A stretch of DNA of 64,000 nucleotides, taken from the IMG/VR virus record IMGVR_UViG_3300033070_001349, positions 84,483 through 148,482 of that record; one strand, written 5' to 3'. The notes under the pieces were generated by a model, which did not search any database, was not told the origin of the DNA, and saw only the letters and a list, made by a program, of their open reading frames with translations. Below are positions 1-9,582 of the stretch, piece after piece. Both the position numbers and the translations under genes were made by a program. The stretch is from a virus (lineage: Duplodnaviria; Caudoviricetes). Position 1 is the stretch's first letter. Each line of letters begins with the position of its first letter.

Positions 1-213
1 GAGGGGGACAACGCCCCCGCGGGTGAGACCGCGCCGCCCGAGGCGGCCCCCGTGCAGCCCCCGCCGCTGGAGGCGGCCCCCGCCCAGGCCGTCACGGGCC
101 CCCTCGCCCCCGAGCCCGCCGCCCAGGCCGAGGCTCCCGCGGCCCCTTCGAGCGCTCCCGTGCCCCCCACCCTGGCCGGTGGCTACGCCGCCGACCCCAC
201 CACGCCGTTCTGA
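1..213 (+). CDS. 3' end of a Pro/Ala-rich hypothetical protein (partial)
   Basis: Frame 1 is open from the window edge to TGA at 211-213, with GC3-rich codons, ending ...YAADPTTPF. Confidence 0.6.
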   Translation, partial: EGDNAPAGETAPPEAAPVQPPPLEAAPAQAVTGPLAPEPAAQAEAPAAPSSAPVPPTLAGGYAADPTTPF

Positions 214-222
214 GAGGGGACC

Positions 223-1134
223 ATGAACGCCGACAACAAGACCCCCGGCGAGGGCTCCCCCGCCGCCCCCGCCCCCGCCAAGCCCTGGTACTCCACCGGC
301 TACCAGGGCGTCCGCGAGGAGCGCGTCCGCATCGCGGCCTCGGGCAAGCCCCGCACCTTCTGGCTCAAGCCCGACAGCTCGGGCCACCTCCTCCTCCTCG
401 ACGACAAGCCCTTCGTATTCGACGCCCACGAGTACAAGCAGGGCGATGAGCGGGAGATCGTGACGTGCCACGCGGGCATCTTCGACGAGCCCTCGTGCTG
501 CGAGATCCTCGGGAACACCCGGAGCCTCAACCGCTACGCGGCCTACCCCGCGATCGACCTCGACGGCTACCAGCCCACCGACCCGAAGAAGCCGCGGGTC
601 AAGAACTTCTACACCGTGCTCCTCGCCAAGGTGGGCCTCGCCTCCCTGCTGGAGAAGGAGCTCGCCGACGAGGGCTCGCTCATCGGCCGCCGCATCCGGT
701 TCTCGCGCTCGACGGACAAGTCCGCGCGGGCCGGGGACGCGGTGAAGTGCGTCGACTGGGTCGTCGGGTCCGAGAAGGTGAAGTACCTCGACGAGCGGCT
801 CTGGGGCGTCATGTACAAGCTCGCCGAGTACAAGGGCAAGTCGATCGGGTCGCTCCTGCGCGAGGCCGCCGAGAACCCGGAGAAGTACGAGGCGCTCAAC
901 CACACCTTCGACCTCGACGCCCTCAAGGACAGGGAGACGGGGAAGCTCATGCTCGGGCGGCTCCCGCTCTTCAACTTCCCCTCGATCTACGCGCCGAAGA
1001 GCCCGAAGGAGACCCGCATCCTCCTCGCGGGCGCGACCTCCTCGGCGTTCCAGGGCGACAAGTCCAAGGACAAGCCCGACGCCGAGCCGCAGGGCGGCGG
1101 CACCGGCCGCGCCGACGACACCGTCCCCTTCTGA
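223..1134 (+). CDS. single-stranded DNA-binding protein (T4 gp32-like)
   Basis: FWLKPD...LLDD start, Cys/His cluster (TCHAG...SCC), acidic tail ending DDTVPF; SD-like GAGGGG upstream; replication module context. Confidence 0.6.
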   Translation: MNADNKTPGEGSPAAPAPAKPWYSTGYQGVREERVRIAASGKPRTFWLKPDSSGHLLLLDDKPFVFDAHEYKQGDEREIVTCHAGIFDEPSCCEILGNTRSLNRYAAYPAIDLDGYQPTDPKKPRVKNFYTVLLAKVGLASLLEKELADEGSLIGRRIRFSRSTDKSARAGDAVKCVDWVVGSEKVKYLDERLWGVMYKLAEYKGKSIGSLLREAAENPEKYEALNHTFDLDALKDRETGKLMLGRLPLFNFPSIYAPKSPKETRILLAGATSSAFQGDKSKDKPDAEPQGGGTGRADDTVPF

Positions 1135-1172
1135 CCCGCCCCCGCAACCCACCGGCTTCCCATTCGCCCCCG

Positions 1173-1188
1173 CGAGTCATGTGACTCC
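1173..1188 (+). repeat. dispersed palindrome copy 1 (CGAGTCATGTGACTCC), intergenic
   Basis: Matches the 14-bp core GAGYCATGTGRCTC found 9 times in the window. Confidence 0.9.
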
Positions 1189-1236
1189 GGGGGCTGACGC
1201 CCTGACGGACCCTTGATTCCACCTGGAGGCCACCCC

Positions 1237-1629
1237 ATGACGACCCCGCCCTCGACTCCGCCCGTGATGAGCCTCGAAGAGGCGTGCGCCCGCGCCGCCC
1301 ACGAGGTGAACAACGTGTACAACCGCGCGATCGGCGACACGCTCTCCCCCGCGTTCGACGACCTCACCGAAGGGCAGAAGGGCGCGGCGGTGGAGGGGGC
1401 CCGCCACACTCTGGCAGGCGGAAGCGAGGAGGACTCGCACCGGAAGTGGATGGAGGCCCTCCTCGCCGAAGGGTGGACGCTCGGGCCGGTCAAGGACCCC
1501 GAGCTCAAGACCCACCCGAACCTCGTCCCCTACACCGAGCTCCCCAACGCGCAGCGGATCAAGGACACCCTCTTCCAGGCCACCGTCCGCTCGACCGCGG
1601 CGGCCGTCACCGCCGCGCGCGGGGGATGA
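1237..1629 (+). CDS. RyR-domain protein
   Basis: SHRKWM...EGWTLGPVKDPELKTHPNLVPYTELP...KD is the RyR repeat signature; GGAGG precedes ATG 1237. Confidence 0.8.
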   Translation: MTTPPSTPPVMSLEEACARAAHEVNNVYNRAIGDTLSPAFDDLTEGQKGAAVEGARHTLAGGSEEDSHRKWMEALLAEGWTLGPVKDPELKTHPNLVPYTELPNAQRIKDTLFQATVRSTAAAVTAARGG

Positions 1630-1645
1630 CCCGCTGGGCCCGCCG

Positions 1646-1861
1646 ATGAAGCTCCTCGCCGCCGCCCTCTACCTCGACCGCCCCTGCGCCATCCGCGCGT
1701 CCGTGGAGGACGACGGGGGCCACCGCCGGGTCATCTCCTACACCTGGAGGACGGCCCAGGAGTCCTCCATCCCCGACAGCTACCTCGACGCCCTCCAGGC
1801 TGAGTGCGAGTTCCAGCGCGCCGCCGAGCTCGCCAAGGACCAGGGCCGACTCCTCCCGTGA
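1646..1861 (+). CDS. hypothetical protein
   Basis: GC3-biased ORF whose stop overlaps the helicase start (GTGA). Confidence 0.6.
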   Translation: MKLLAAALYLDRPCAIRASVEDDGGHRRVISYTWRTAQESSIPDSYLDALQAECEFQRAAELAKDQGRLLP

Positions 1862-4470
1862 CGAGCCCGACCCCCACGAAGGTCATCGTCGACTCGATGG
1901 CGTGGGTCAGGAAGAGCGACCTCGCCGAGGTCCAGCTTGAGGCCCTGCGCCGGAACCTCACCCTCATCCCCAAGGCGGGCCCCTACGGCGACGCCCCGGC
2001 CCCGATCCTCCTCTACCAGGAGAACGCCGAGTGGTTCGGGATGGCGCGCGCCTACTACCTCGCCCGCCGCCAACCCCACCACGAGGTCGAGTTCCGATGC
2101 CGCCCCGGCGCGGCGTGGCCCGAGGGGCTTACCTGGAACCCCGAGGTCACCCTCCGCCCGGAGCAACAGCGCGCCCTCGACGAGGTCACGACGGCCTTCC
2201 GCGGCGGCGTGCTCGGGGGCATCGTCCGGGCCGCCCCGGGGTGGGGGAAGTGCGCCGTCTCCTCGACCTCCTTCGTCGACTCCACCACGGGGAGGAGAGA
2301 GACGATGGGGGCCTCGGTTGGTCGGCCCGTGGTCGTCCCCTCGCTCACCCCCGAGGGGCGGATCGAACATCGGTCCGTCGAGCGGGTGTGGTACGCCGGG
2401 AAGAAGCCGTGTCTCCGCATGGTCCTGGCCTCGGGCCAGAACTTCGGGGGGAGTGAAGATCACCCGGTGCTCACGGCCTCGGGCTACAAGGCCCTCTCCT
2501 CCCTTCGGGTAGGTGAGCTCGTGGCAACCGCGCGCTCCGTCCCGGCACCCGAGGGGGCCCCCTCCCTCACCGACGCCGAGGTACTCCTTTCCGCGGCGCT
2601 CTTGATGGACGGATCGACCAACCACACGTCCACCATCTACTGCAAGGGGGACCCGATCTTGACCGCCACGGTCCGGGCCGCTGCGATAGAGGTCGGGGGC
2701 CCCGACACGATCGGTCGCGAGTGGTTCGACCAAGGAGCCTACTACCTCGGGCTCTGCGGCCTCATCCCGTGGAGTGCTCGGCATGACCTACGCGGGCTCT
2801 CGAAGACCAAGCGGGTCCCTGCTCACTTCTTCGGCCTCGGAGACGCCCAGCTCGCACTCTTCCTTCGGTGGGTCTACACCGACGGGAATGTCTACGCGAA
2901 GGCTCCGCGGAAGGTAGAGCTATCCATGGCCTCCGAGGGCTTCATCGACGACGTTCAGTACCTCCTCCGGCGCTTCGGGATCGTCGCCCGTAAGACCTAC
3001 GCCCCCAAGTCGATCAAGAACAAGGTCACCGGAGAAAAGAAGTTCTATCCCGCGTGGCGCCTCCAGATCGCCGACGCTCCGAACCTCGTCCGCTTCCTCG
3101 AAGCCATCGGGCCCGTGCCGGGGAAGGAGGCGGCCTGCGTCGAAGTCCTCCAGCACGCCCGCGGGGTCTCCTCCAACCCGAACTGGGACGTGGTTCCCGT
3201 AGGGTCGAAGGAGCTCGCCGAGATCCGAGCCCAGGACCGCACGGGGGTGTGGGCTCGGGTCAAGGCCGCCGCGGGGTCCTACATCGGCCGGGACCGCTTC
3301 CTTCGTCTCTGCAAATCGAGTGGCTACGACGGCTCCTACCGCTCCTTCGCTGACGCCGACATCGTGTGGGAGAAGGTGAAGTCGCTCGAAGACCTCGGCG
3401 TTCAGGACGTGTACGACCTCACCGTGCCGGGGACGGAGAACGCCGTCGTCAACGCCGGGGTGGTCATCCACAATACGGTCTACTCGCTCCGGCTCATCGC
3501 CGAGCTCAAGGTCCCGACCCTCGTGGTGGTGCACAAGGAGTTCCTGGCAGACCAGTGGCTCGAACGGATCCACGGCAACCCGAAGAAGGGCCTCAAGCCC
3601 CTCCTCCTCGGGGCCAAGGTGGGCATCGCCCGCGGCGACCAGCTCGACTTCAAGGGGAAGCACATCGTCATCGGCATGGTGCACACCCTCGCCTCCAAGG
3701 ACTTCCCCCTGGAGTTCCTGCACTGGCCCGGCCTCATCCTCCCGGACGAATGCCACCGCATCGCGGCCCCGACGTGGAGCCCCACCCCCGGCCGGTTCCC
3801 CGCGCGGTGGCGCCTCGGGGTCTCGGCTACCCCTCGCCGGAAGGACGGCGCCGAGCGGGTCTTCCTAGACCACCTGGGCCCCGTGATCTTCAAGGGCGAG
3901 GAGCAGCGGCTCCCCTTCCGCGTCCGCCGGGTGTGGACCGGCTACAAGCCCCCCAAGGGCGGGCACGCCCACCTGTCGGGCCCGGCGGGGAAGGTGATGC
4001 TCCTCACGATCATGCTCGCCAACGCGGCCCGCAACGGGGTCATCGTCGAGCAACTCGTGGCCGCGATCCGCGCGGGCCGCAAGGTCATCGTCCTCTCCGA
4101 GCGCCTCGACCACCTCGACCGGCTCGACCAGCTCCTCCTCGCCGCGTGGACCGGGGACTGGGGGCCGCTCCCGACCACCGGCCGCTACGTGGGGGGGATG
4201 ACCTCGGAGGACCGCGAGGTCTCCGAGGGGAAACAGGTCATCTTCGCGACGTTCCAATACGCGGCCGAGGGCCTCGACATACCGCCGCTCGACACCCTCT
4301 TTCTGGTCTCCCCGGCCTCGGACGTGGAGCAGGCCGTGGGTCGCATCCGCCGCCCCTACGAGGGGAAGAAAGAGGCAGTCGTGGTCGACTTCCGGGACGA
4401 GAACGTGTCTTTCTGCGCCAGGGCCGCGGACGCCCGCGACAAGTTCTACCGGAAGTCCGGGGTGGTGTGA
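1858..4470 (+). CDS. superfamily 2 helicase (UvsW/ResIII-like) with intein
   Basis: Q motif LRPEQQ, Walker A PGWGK/T split by an intein, DECH, SATPRRKDG, EGLDIPPLD, QAVGRIRR; start placed at GTG 1858. Confidence 0.9.
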   Translation: MTSPTPTKVIVDSMAWVRKSDLAEVQLEALRRNLTLIPKAGPYGDAPAPILLYQENAEWFGMARAYYLARRQPHHEVEFRCRPGAAWPEGLTWNPEVTLRPEQQRALDEVTTAFRGGVLGGIVRAAPGWGKCAVSSTSFVDSTTGRRETMGASVGRPVVVPSLTPEGRIEHRSVERVWYAGKKPCLRMVLASGQNFGGSEDHPVLTASGYKALSSLRVGELVATARSVPAPEGAPSLTDAEVLLSAALLMDGSTNHTSTIYCKGDPILTATVRAAAIEVGGPDTIGREWFDQGAYYLGLCGLIPWSARHDLRGLSKTKRVPAHFFGLGDAQLALFLRWVYTDGNVYAKAPRKVELSMASEGFIDDVQYLLRRFGIVARKTYAPKSIKNKVTGEKKFYPAWRLQIADAPNLVRFLEAIGPVPGKEAACVEVLQHARGVSSNPNWDVVPVGSKELAEIRAQDRTGVWARVKAAAGSYIGRDRFLRLCKSSGYDGSYRSFADADIVWEKVKSLEDLGVQDVYDLTVPGTENAVVNAGVVIHNTVYSLRLIAELKVPTLVVVHKEFLADQWLERIHGNPKKGLKPLLLGAKVGIARGDQLDFKGKHIVIGMVHTLASKDFPLEFLHWPGLILPDECHRIAAPTWSPTPGRFPARWRLGVSATPRRKDGAERVFLDHLGPVIFKGEEQRLPFRVRRVWTGYKPPKGGHAHLSGPAGKVMLLTIMLANAARNGVIVEQLVAAIRAGRKVIVLSERLDHLDRLDQLLLAAWTGDWGPLPTTGRYVGGMTSEDREVSEGKQVIFATFQYAAEGLDIPPLDTLFLVSPASDVEQAVGRIRRPYEGKKEAVVVDFRDENVSFCARAADARDKFYRKSGVV
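2251..3474 (+). mobile_element. intein (408 aa) with LAGLIDADG endonuclease, in helicase Walker A
   Basis: Starts CAVSS, block B SEDHPVLT, AALLMDG and FLRWVYTDG motifs, ends VYDLTV...VIHN with Thr at +1. Confidence 0.9.
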
Positions 4471-4473
4471 TTC

Positions 4474-4502
4474 TTGACAACGCCTCCCCCCTATGCTAGA
4501 TT
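4474..4502 (+). promoter_or_regulatory. sigma70-type promoter, probably giving a leaderless mRNA
   Basis: TTGACA-17 nt-TAGATT with extended -10 TG; ATG lies 6 nt after the -10. Confidence 0.75.
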
Positions 4503-4508
4503 AGACCC

Positions 4509-5339
4509 ATGTTCGACTACAATCAGTGGTATGCGCAACACGGCGCGGACGTGAACGCCCGCCGGAAGCGGCGGTACGGGGAGGATCCCAAGTACCGCGA
4601 GCGCGTCCAGGCCCACAACGCCGACTCGCGCAAGAGGACCCGCGCGCAGCGCCGCGCGGCCCGGAACGAGGAGGAGAAGGCCAAGGCCACCACGAACACT
4701 CCCCGGTGGAAGGAGACCACGGTCACCTCCGACGGGGCCCCGGTCAAGGCGTTCTCCATCGGCGCCCTCGCCGCCATCACCCGGCGCTCCATCCAGAGCC
4801 TCCGGGCGTGGGAGCAAGCGGGGATCATCCCCGGCGCGGACGCCCGCTCCGCCCGCGGGGACCGGCTCTACACGGTGCCCCTTCTGGAGCGCATCTACGA
4901 CACCCTGGAGCGCGAGGGCCGCCTCCGGGAGACTGGCCGACAGCACGCGGCCGTCCACCACCTCGCCAAGACCGTCCGCTTCGCCGACGGGACCGAGAAG
5001 GTGCTCCCGCTGTTCCTGGTGGGGGCCCTCGCCAAGGGCCTCGGCCGGACGATCGTCACGGTGCAGTCGTGGATCCGGCTCGGCGCGCTCCCCGAGACCC
5101 CCCTGCGGGCCTCCATCCGGCAGTACCGGCTCTACACGGAGCCCATGATCGCCGCGGCCGTGAAGCGCCTCCGCGAGGTCGGCGACTTCCGGGCCTCGGA
5201 GGAGCGCCGCCAGGAGTTCCACGACAAGGTGCACGCCGACTGGAAGGCCGCGGGCTTCCTGACGGCCACCCTCGTCGAGGGCGAGCCCGTCGCCTCCGAG
5301 CCGCCCCCGGTCACCCCCGACCCCACCCCCGACACATGA
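4509..5339 (+). CDS. DNA-binding protein with two MerR-type HTH domains
   Basis: FSIGALAAITRRSIQSLRAWEQAGIIP...RLYT and LVGALAKGLGRTIVTVQSWIRLGALP...YRLYT. Confidence 0.75.
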   Translation: MFDYNQWYAQHGADVNARRKRRYGEDPKYRERVQAHNADSRKRTRAQRRAARNEEEKAKATTNTPRWKETTVTSDGAPVKAFSIGALAAITRRSIQSLRAWEQAGIIPGADARSARGDRLYTVPLLERIYDTLEREGRLRETGRQHAAVHHLAKTVRFADGTEKVLPLFLVGALAKGLGRTIVTVQSWIRLGALPETPLRASIRQYRLYTEPMIAAAVKRLREVGDFRASEERRQEFHDKVHADWKAAGFLTATLVEGEPVASEPPPVTPDPTPDT

Positions 5340-5689
5340 TCCGGTCGACCGCCTCCGCCGCCGTGTGGTGGCGGGTAACCACCTACTGGAAGAGGACGAA
5401 GATGAGCGAGACACTCGGGGACCGGCTGGTCCCTGTACCGATCGACAACCCCGGGGCCCCGGCGGCGAAGGTGACCCTGTCCCTGTCCCGCACCGTGAAC
5501 CTGGGCGACTTCAACTCCGTCAGGGCCGAGGTGGGCGTCGAGCTCCCGTGCTCCGCCACCGCCGACGCGATCGAGGCCTCCCACGAGCGGGCCGTCGCGT
5601 GGTGCACCAAGAAGATCGCCTCGCTCCTCCCGGCGGAGCCCCCGCCCGCCGCCCGCGCCTCCAACGGCGCCAACCCCTTCGGAGGCTGA
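5336..5689 (+). CDS. conserved phage hypothetical protein
   Basis: ATGA overlap with the upstream gene; RTVNLGDFNSVRAEV motif; GC3 bias. Confidence 0.6.
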   Translation: MIRSTASAAVWWRVTTYWKRTKMSETLGDRLVPVPIDNPGAPAAKVTLSLSRTVNLGDFNSVRAEVGVELPCSATADAIEASHERAVAWCTKKIASLLPAEPPPAARASNGANPFGG

Positions 5690-5695
5690 GAGACC

Positions 5696-6907
5696 ATGGC
5701 GAAGCAGAAGAAGCCCCCCAAGGGTGCCGCGGAAGAGCCCGATGCCCTCGAAGGCGAGGTCCTCGAAGGGTCCGAGCTCCCCCTCGACGCCGTCCTCAAG
5801 GCCCCGGTCGCCCCCACCGGCCCCCTCTCGGTGAAGGAGCGCATGGCGAAGCTCCTCGCGAGCCCGGCCATCAAGTCCCTCGCGAAGGACGGGACCATCA
5901 CCACGGTGGCCTCCACCGCCCTCGCGGTTCCGCGGGTCAGGACGCACGCCATCCTCTTCGACCTCGTGATGCGCGGGGGCTTCCCCACGGGGGTGATCCA
6001 CCACTGGTACGGGCCGAAGTCGAGCGGGAAGACCACCCTGGCCCTCCTCTGCATCGGGGTCATGCAGAAGACCTGTTCGTGCTGTTCGCAGCCCTTCTCC
6101 GAGTCCCCCGCCTGTTGCGCGACGCCGCGCCGCACCGTGTGTGCCTTCATCAACATGGAGGGCATCCTCGACAAGACCTGGGCCGCCCAGCTCGGGGTCG
6201 ACCTCGACCTCCTCGTCTACGCCTCCTTCCGCGCGGGCGAAGAGGCCTGCGACATGGTGGAGGCCCTCCTCGCCTCGGGCGAGGTCGACCTCGTCGCCAT
6301 CGACTCCCTCGCGGCGCTCACCCCGCAATCCGAGCTCAACAAGGCCGCCGCCGACGTGGACGTGGGGTCGCAGGCCCGCCTCGTCCACCGCCTCGTGCGC
6401 AAGACCGTGAGCCACATGAACGCGGCTGGCAACGCGACGAAGCGGCGGCCGACGATCATCTTCATCAACCAGATCCGCATGAAGGTGGGCGTGGTCTTCG
6501 GCAACCCCGAGACCACCTCGGCGGGCAACGGGCCCGGCTTCGCCGCCGCGATCGAGCTCCGGTTCTCTGCCCCCGAGTACCAGAAGGACAAGGACGACAA
6601 CCCGCTGGCGGTCACCCTCAAGCCCAAGGTGGAGAAGAGCAAGCTCTTCCCCGGCAAGGGCGAGAGCGCGGAGCTGGTCCTCGCGCAGCGACCCACTGAG
6701 CACACCCCCGTGGGGGGGATCCTCGACGCCCCGGTCCTCGTCAGCCTCGGCGTCCAGGCGGGTCTCGTGGAGGGCGCGGCCCCGAACATCACCTGCCTGG
6801 GCAGGAGCTTCCGCGGCAAGTCCACCCTGGAGATGGAGCTCCTCAAGGACCCCGGCTTCGCCTCCCAGCTCCGCGACTCGATCTTCGCGGTGATGCTCTC
6901 GCCATGA
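5696..6907 (+). CDS. recA: RecA-family recombinase
   Basis: YGPKSSGKTT, VAIDSLAAL, IFINQIRMKVGVVFGNPET, KVEKSK. Confidence 0.9.
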   Translation: MAKQKKPPKGAAEEPDALEGEVLEGSELPLDAVLKAPVAPTGPLSVKERMAKLLASPAIKSLAKDGTITTVASTALAVPRVRTHAILFDLVMRGGFPTGVIHHWYGPKSSGKTTLALLCIGVMQKTCSCCSQPFSESPACCATPRRTVCAFINMEGILDKTWAAQLGVDLDLLVYASFRAGEEACDMVEALLASGEVDLVAIDSLAALTPQSELNKAAADVDVGSQARLVHRLVRKTVSHMNAAGNATKRRPTIIFINQIRMKVGVVFGNPETTSAGNGPGFAAAIELRFSAPEYQKDKDDNPLAVTLKPKVEKSKLFPGKGESAELVLAQRPTEHTPVGGILDAPVLVSLGVQAGLVEGAAPNITCLGRSFRGKSTLEMELLKDPGFASQLRDSIFAVMLSP

Positions 6908-7503
6908 CCGACTCTCCCCCGACGCCCAAGTGGGCGCTCCCGTCGACCCGGCGGTTCAAGCGCTCCCAGAAGCAGGAGCGCCGGGTGGGGGAGGCCCTCG
7001 GGGGGCGCGCGCTCCCGCGCTCGGGCGGGGTGAAGGCGGCCAAGGGGCCGGACTCCCCGACCCTCGACGGCGACTTCCGAACCCCGACCCTCCACGGCGA
7101 GCACAAGCGCACCGAGACCCAGGAGATCCGGGTGGAGTCCGAGTGGTTCGTCAAGGTCACGGCCGGGGCCGCCCGGTGCCACAAGGTGCCCGTCGTGGTC
7201 CTACTCCTCGAATCCGTCGTCGGAGACGACCGCGAGTGGATCTTCCTTCCCTTGAGCTACGCCCAGGCCCGGATGGGCGAGCTCCTGCGCGACCCGAGCG
7301 CCTGGGAGGGCGCCGAGCTCGCCCCCCGGCCCGGGTGCCGGTCGTTCCTGTTCCGGGCGTCGGTCGCCTCCGCCCTACACGCGCTCGCGGGCGACAAGCT
7401 CCCCCTCTTCCTCCTCACCTGGGGTATGAACCTCGGGGCGACCGCCCAGGTGTGGGTCGGCGCTCCCCTCGCGCGCCTCACCCCCATGCTTCGAGAGCCA
7501 TGA
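6904..7503 (+). CDS. PD-(D/E)XK nuclease, Hjc-like Holliday junction resolvase
   Basis: QERRVG..LGGR..PRSG, GD, GEHKRT motif order. Confidence 0.6.
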   Translation: MTDSPPTPKWALPSTRRFKRSQKQERRVGEALGGRALPRSGGVKAAKGPDSPTLDGDFRTPTLHGEHKRTETQEIRVESEWFVKVTAGAARCHKVPVVVLLLESVVGDDREWIFLPLSYAQARMGELLRDPSAWEGAELAPRPGCRSFLFRASVASALHALAGDKLPLFLLTWGMNLGATAQVWVGAPLARLTPMLREP

Positions 7504-7826
7504 GCGCCAACGACCGCACCCTCCTCGCCCTCTCCGAGCGGGCCCTCCGGCCTACGGACAGGGCCCTCGTCCTCCTCTCGGAGTCCCCGAGTGGGGGCCT
7601 CGACGTAGCCCTGGTGTGCCGCCTCTGCGAGGCGGACTACCTCCCCCTCGAAGACGGCTCGTTTCTCTGCCGGGCGTGCAACCTCCGCATCCCTCCGGGC
7701 GAAGTGGAGGCACACGTCGTGGCCTTCGACTGGGTCGTGGCCTCTGCCCTCCTCCACCGGCCCGCCGGGCTCTTCGACCGGATCCGCCGGGTCCTGCGCA
7801 TGGCGAGGCTCGCGTGGTCACCCTGA
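7500..7826 (+). CDS. small Zn-ribbon protein
   Basis: ATGA overlap; CRLC...CRAC. Confidence 0.55.
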   Translation: MSANDRTLLALSERALRPTDRALVLLSESPSGGLDVALVCRLCEADYLPLEDGSFLCRACNLRIPPGEVEAHVVAFDWVVASALLHRPAGLFDRIRRVLRMARLAWSP

Positions 7827-8740
7827 AGCTCCCCCTCGCCGCCCTCGCCACGAGGGAACCCGTGGCGCCCACGGGGGAGGTCTACATCCGCGCCTCCAGG
7901 GTGGCCTCGATCTGTCCGCGTGAGGAGGTCCTGGCCCACCTCGGGGGCGTCGAGCGCACGAAGTCCACCTCGCCGGGAGACGCCGTCACCTACGCCCGAG
8001 GCCACGGGCTCCACGCAGCCGCCCGCGAGCACATCCTCCCCCAGATCGGCGTGCTTTACGGGAAGTGGTCGTGCCTCGACTGCGGCCGGGCCTACGGCGC
8101 CCCGTGGGAGACCCTTCCGCTGCGCGTGGAGGACGGCGTCCGCCCCCCGGCCCTCGCCGAGGCCCTCGTCCTCCGCCCCTCCCGGTGCGAGTCATGTGGC
8201 TCCGAGGAGTTCGCCTACCGGGAGCTCAAGTTCGAGGCCCCCGAGTACCGCACCGGGGGGTCCCCTGACGGCTTCCTCCGGCTCCCGGGGCTCCCGGGGC
8301 TCGGGCTCTTGGAGCTCAAGAGCACGGCCGCTCCGTGGGACGTTCGGCACGCCCCGCTCCTCTCGCACGCGATCCAGGTCCAGACCTACCTCTGGTTCAC
8401 CGGGCTCCCGTGGGCGGTGATCGTGTACTGGGACACGACCGCCGAGGGCATCGACGCGCTCTCCGCGTTCAAGCTCGACCGCGACCCGGTTACGATCGAC
8501 GCGATCCGCGCCGCGCTCGCTTCGGTCGTGAGGGGCGTCGAGGGCGGCCCGCTCCCCGCCCGGATCTGTTCGAGCGCCGACTGCCCGCGGGCGAAGCAGT
8601 GCTCCGTCGCGAAGGCCTGTTTCGAGGCGGCCCCGCGCCTCCCTGACCCCGAGGACCCGGAGGACGATCAGGATGGCCCCGATCGCTGGGGGGAGCCTGG
8701 GGTGACCCCTGACCTCGCCGCTTCCGAGGTGGTGTTTTGA
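7814..8740 (+). CDS. Cas4/AddB-like PD-(D/E)XK exonuclease
   Basis: ASICPRE, GSPDG, LELKS, QVQTY and C-terminal Cys cluster; internal CxxC pairs; start approximate. Confidence 0.7.
   Translation: MVTLKLPLAALATREPVAPTGEVYIRASRVASICPREEVLAHLGGVERTKSTSPGDAVTYARGHGLHAAAREHILPQIGVLYGKWSCLDCGRAYGAPWETLPLRVEDGVRPPALAEALVLRPSRCESCGSEEFAYRELKFEAPEYRTGGSPDGFLRLPGLPGLGLLELKSTAAPWDVRHAPLLSHAIQVQTYLWFTGLPWAVIVYWDTTAEGIDALSAFKLDRDPVTIDAIRAALASVVRGVEGGPLPARICSSADCPRAKQCSVAKACFEAAPRLPDPEDPEDDQDGPDRWGEPGVTPDLAASEVVF
8188..8203 (+). repeat. dispersed palindrome copy 2 (CGAGTCATGTGGCTCC), intragenic
   Basis: Core match. Confidence 0.9.
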
Positions 8741-9033
8741 CCGGCATCGTGCCCCCCGAAGACCTCACCGCGCTCCCTCTCGCCCTCCGCAACTCCGGGT
8801 GCGAGGCGTGCTCCCGCCGCGTCTCCATGTGGACCCTCGCCTCGGGCCCGGTGTGCGCCCGGTGCCTCCTCCTCCGGTCGCCGTGGGGGGTCTCCCACGC
8901 CGAAGGGGTGGCGGCCCTAGTCCGCGCGGCCTCGGGTCCCTCCGGCGACCCGGACAATCCTGCGGACCGCACGCTCGACGCCGTCGTTGCCGCCATCCTG
9001 GTCCCCTATCGCCTCTCCGCGAGGGCCTCTTGA
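8737..9033 (+). CDS. small Cys-containing hypothetical protein
   Basis: TTGA overlap with the upstream stop; CEAC...CARC. Confidence 0.5.
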   Translation: MTGIVPPEDLTALPLALRNSGCEACSRRVSMWTLASGPVCARCLLLRSPWGVSHAEGVAALVRAASGPSGDPDNPADRTLDAVVAAILVPYRLSARAS

Positions 9034-9050
9034 GGCGCCAGAGGCCCGCC

Positions 9051-9575
9051 GTGGCCGACCTCGTGAAGGTCGACGTGGGGCGATTCGAGCGCATCATCCT
9101 CGGGATCGACTACGGGCTCGCCGAGTCCGGCTGGGGGGCCGTCGGGTGGGAGTTCCCTGGCTCCCCTCCCTACGTGATCGCCTACGGCGTATGCCGGACC
9201 CGCGCCGGAGGGGACCCGTGGGATCGGACCGACGCCATGGTCGACCAGCTCCGGGAGGTCGAGGAGGTGACCAAGGCCACCGAGGTCGCCATGGAGGACT
9301 GGGGCCACCGCTCCGCGGGCAAGGCCACTACGAGCCACCTCATGGGCCTCGTCATCGGGGGCCTCCTCCGCGGCCTCCACCACCGCCCCCGCTCGGTCGG
9401 CATCACGGGGGAGTGGCACGCCACCCTCGGGTTGCCGTACAAGGGGGACAAGGTCGACGTGGCGACGTGGGTTCGGGAGGGCCTTCGCCTCGACCACACC
9501 CCCAAGCCCGACCACGCCTCCGACGCCCTCTCCATCGCCCTCGCCGCGTTCTCCCTGCCCCAACTCCAGAGGTGA
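9051..9575 (+). CDS. ruvC: RuvC-type Holliday junction resolvase
   Basis: ILGIDYG, AMED, GDKVDV, DHASDALSIA catalytic acidic residues; start set at GTG 9051. Confidence 0.85.
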   Translation: MADLVKVDVGRFERIILGIDYGLAESGWGAVGWEFPGSPPYVIAYGVCRTRAGGDPWDRTDAMVDQLREVEEVTKATEVAMEDWGHRSAGKATTSHLMGLVIGGLLRGLHHRPRSVGITGEWHATLGLPYKGDKVDVATWVREGLRLDHTPKPDHASDALSIALAAFSLPQLQR

Positions 9576-9582
9576 CACCGAC

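Noticed and set aside
6408-6423. Near-match to the palindrome in recA (TGAGCCACATGAACGC); similar partial match at 26461-26476
   Set aside because: One arm is broken with 3 or more mismatches; not counted among the copies
7814-8740. Cas4-like gene as part of a CRISPR-Cas system
   Set aside because: No cas1/cas2 or array; solo Cas4-like nucleases are common in phage replication modules
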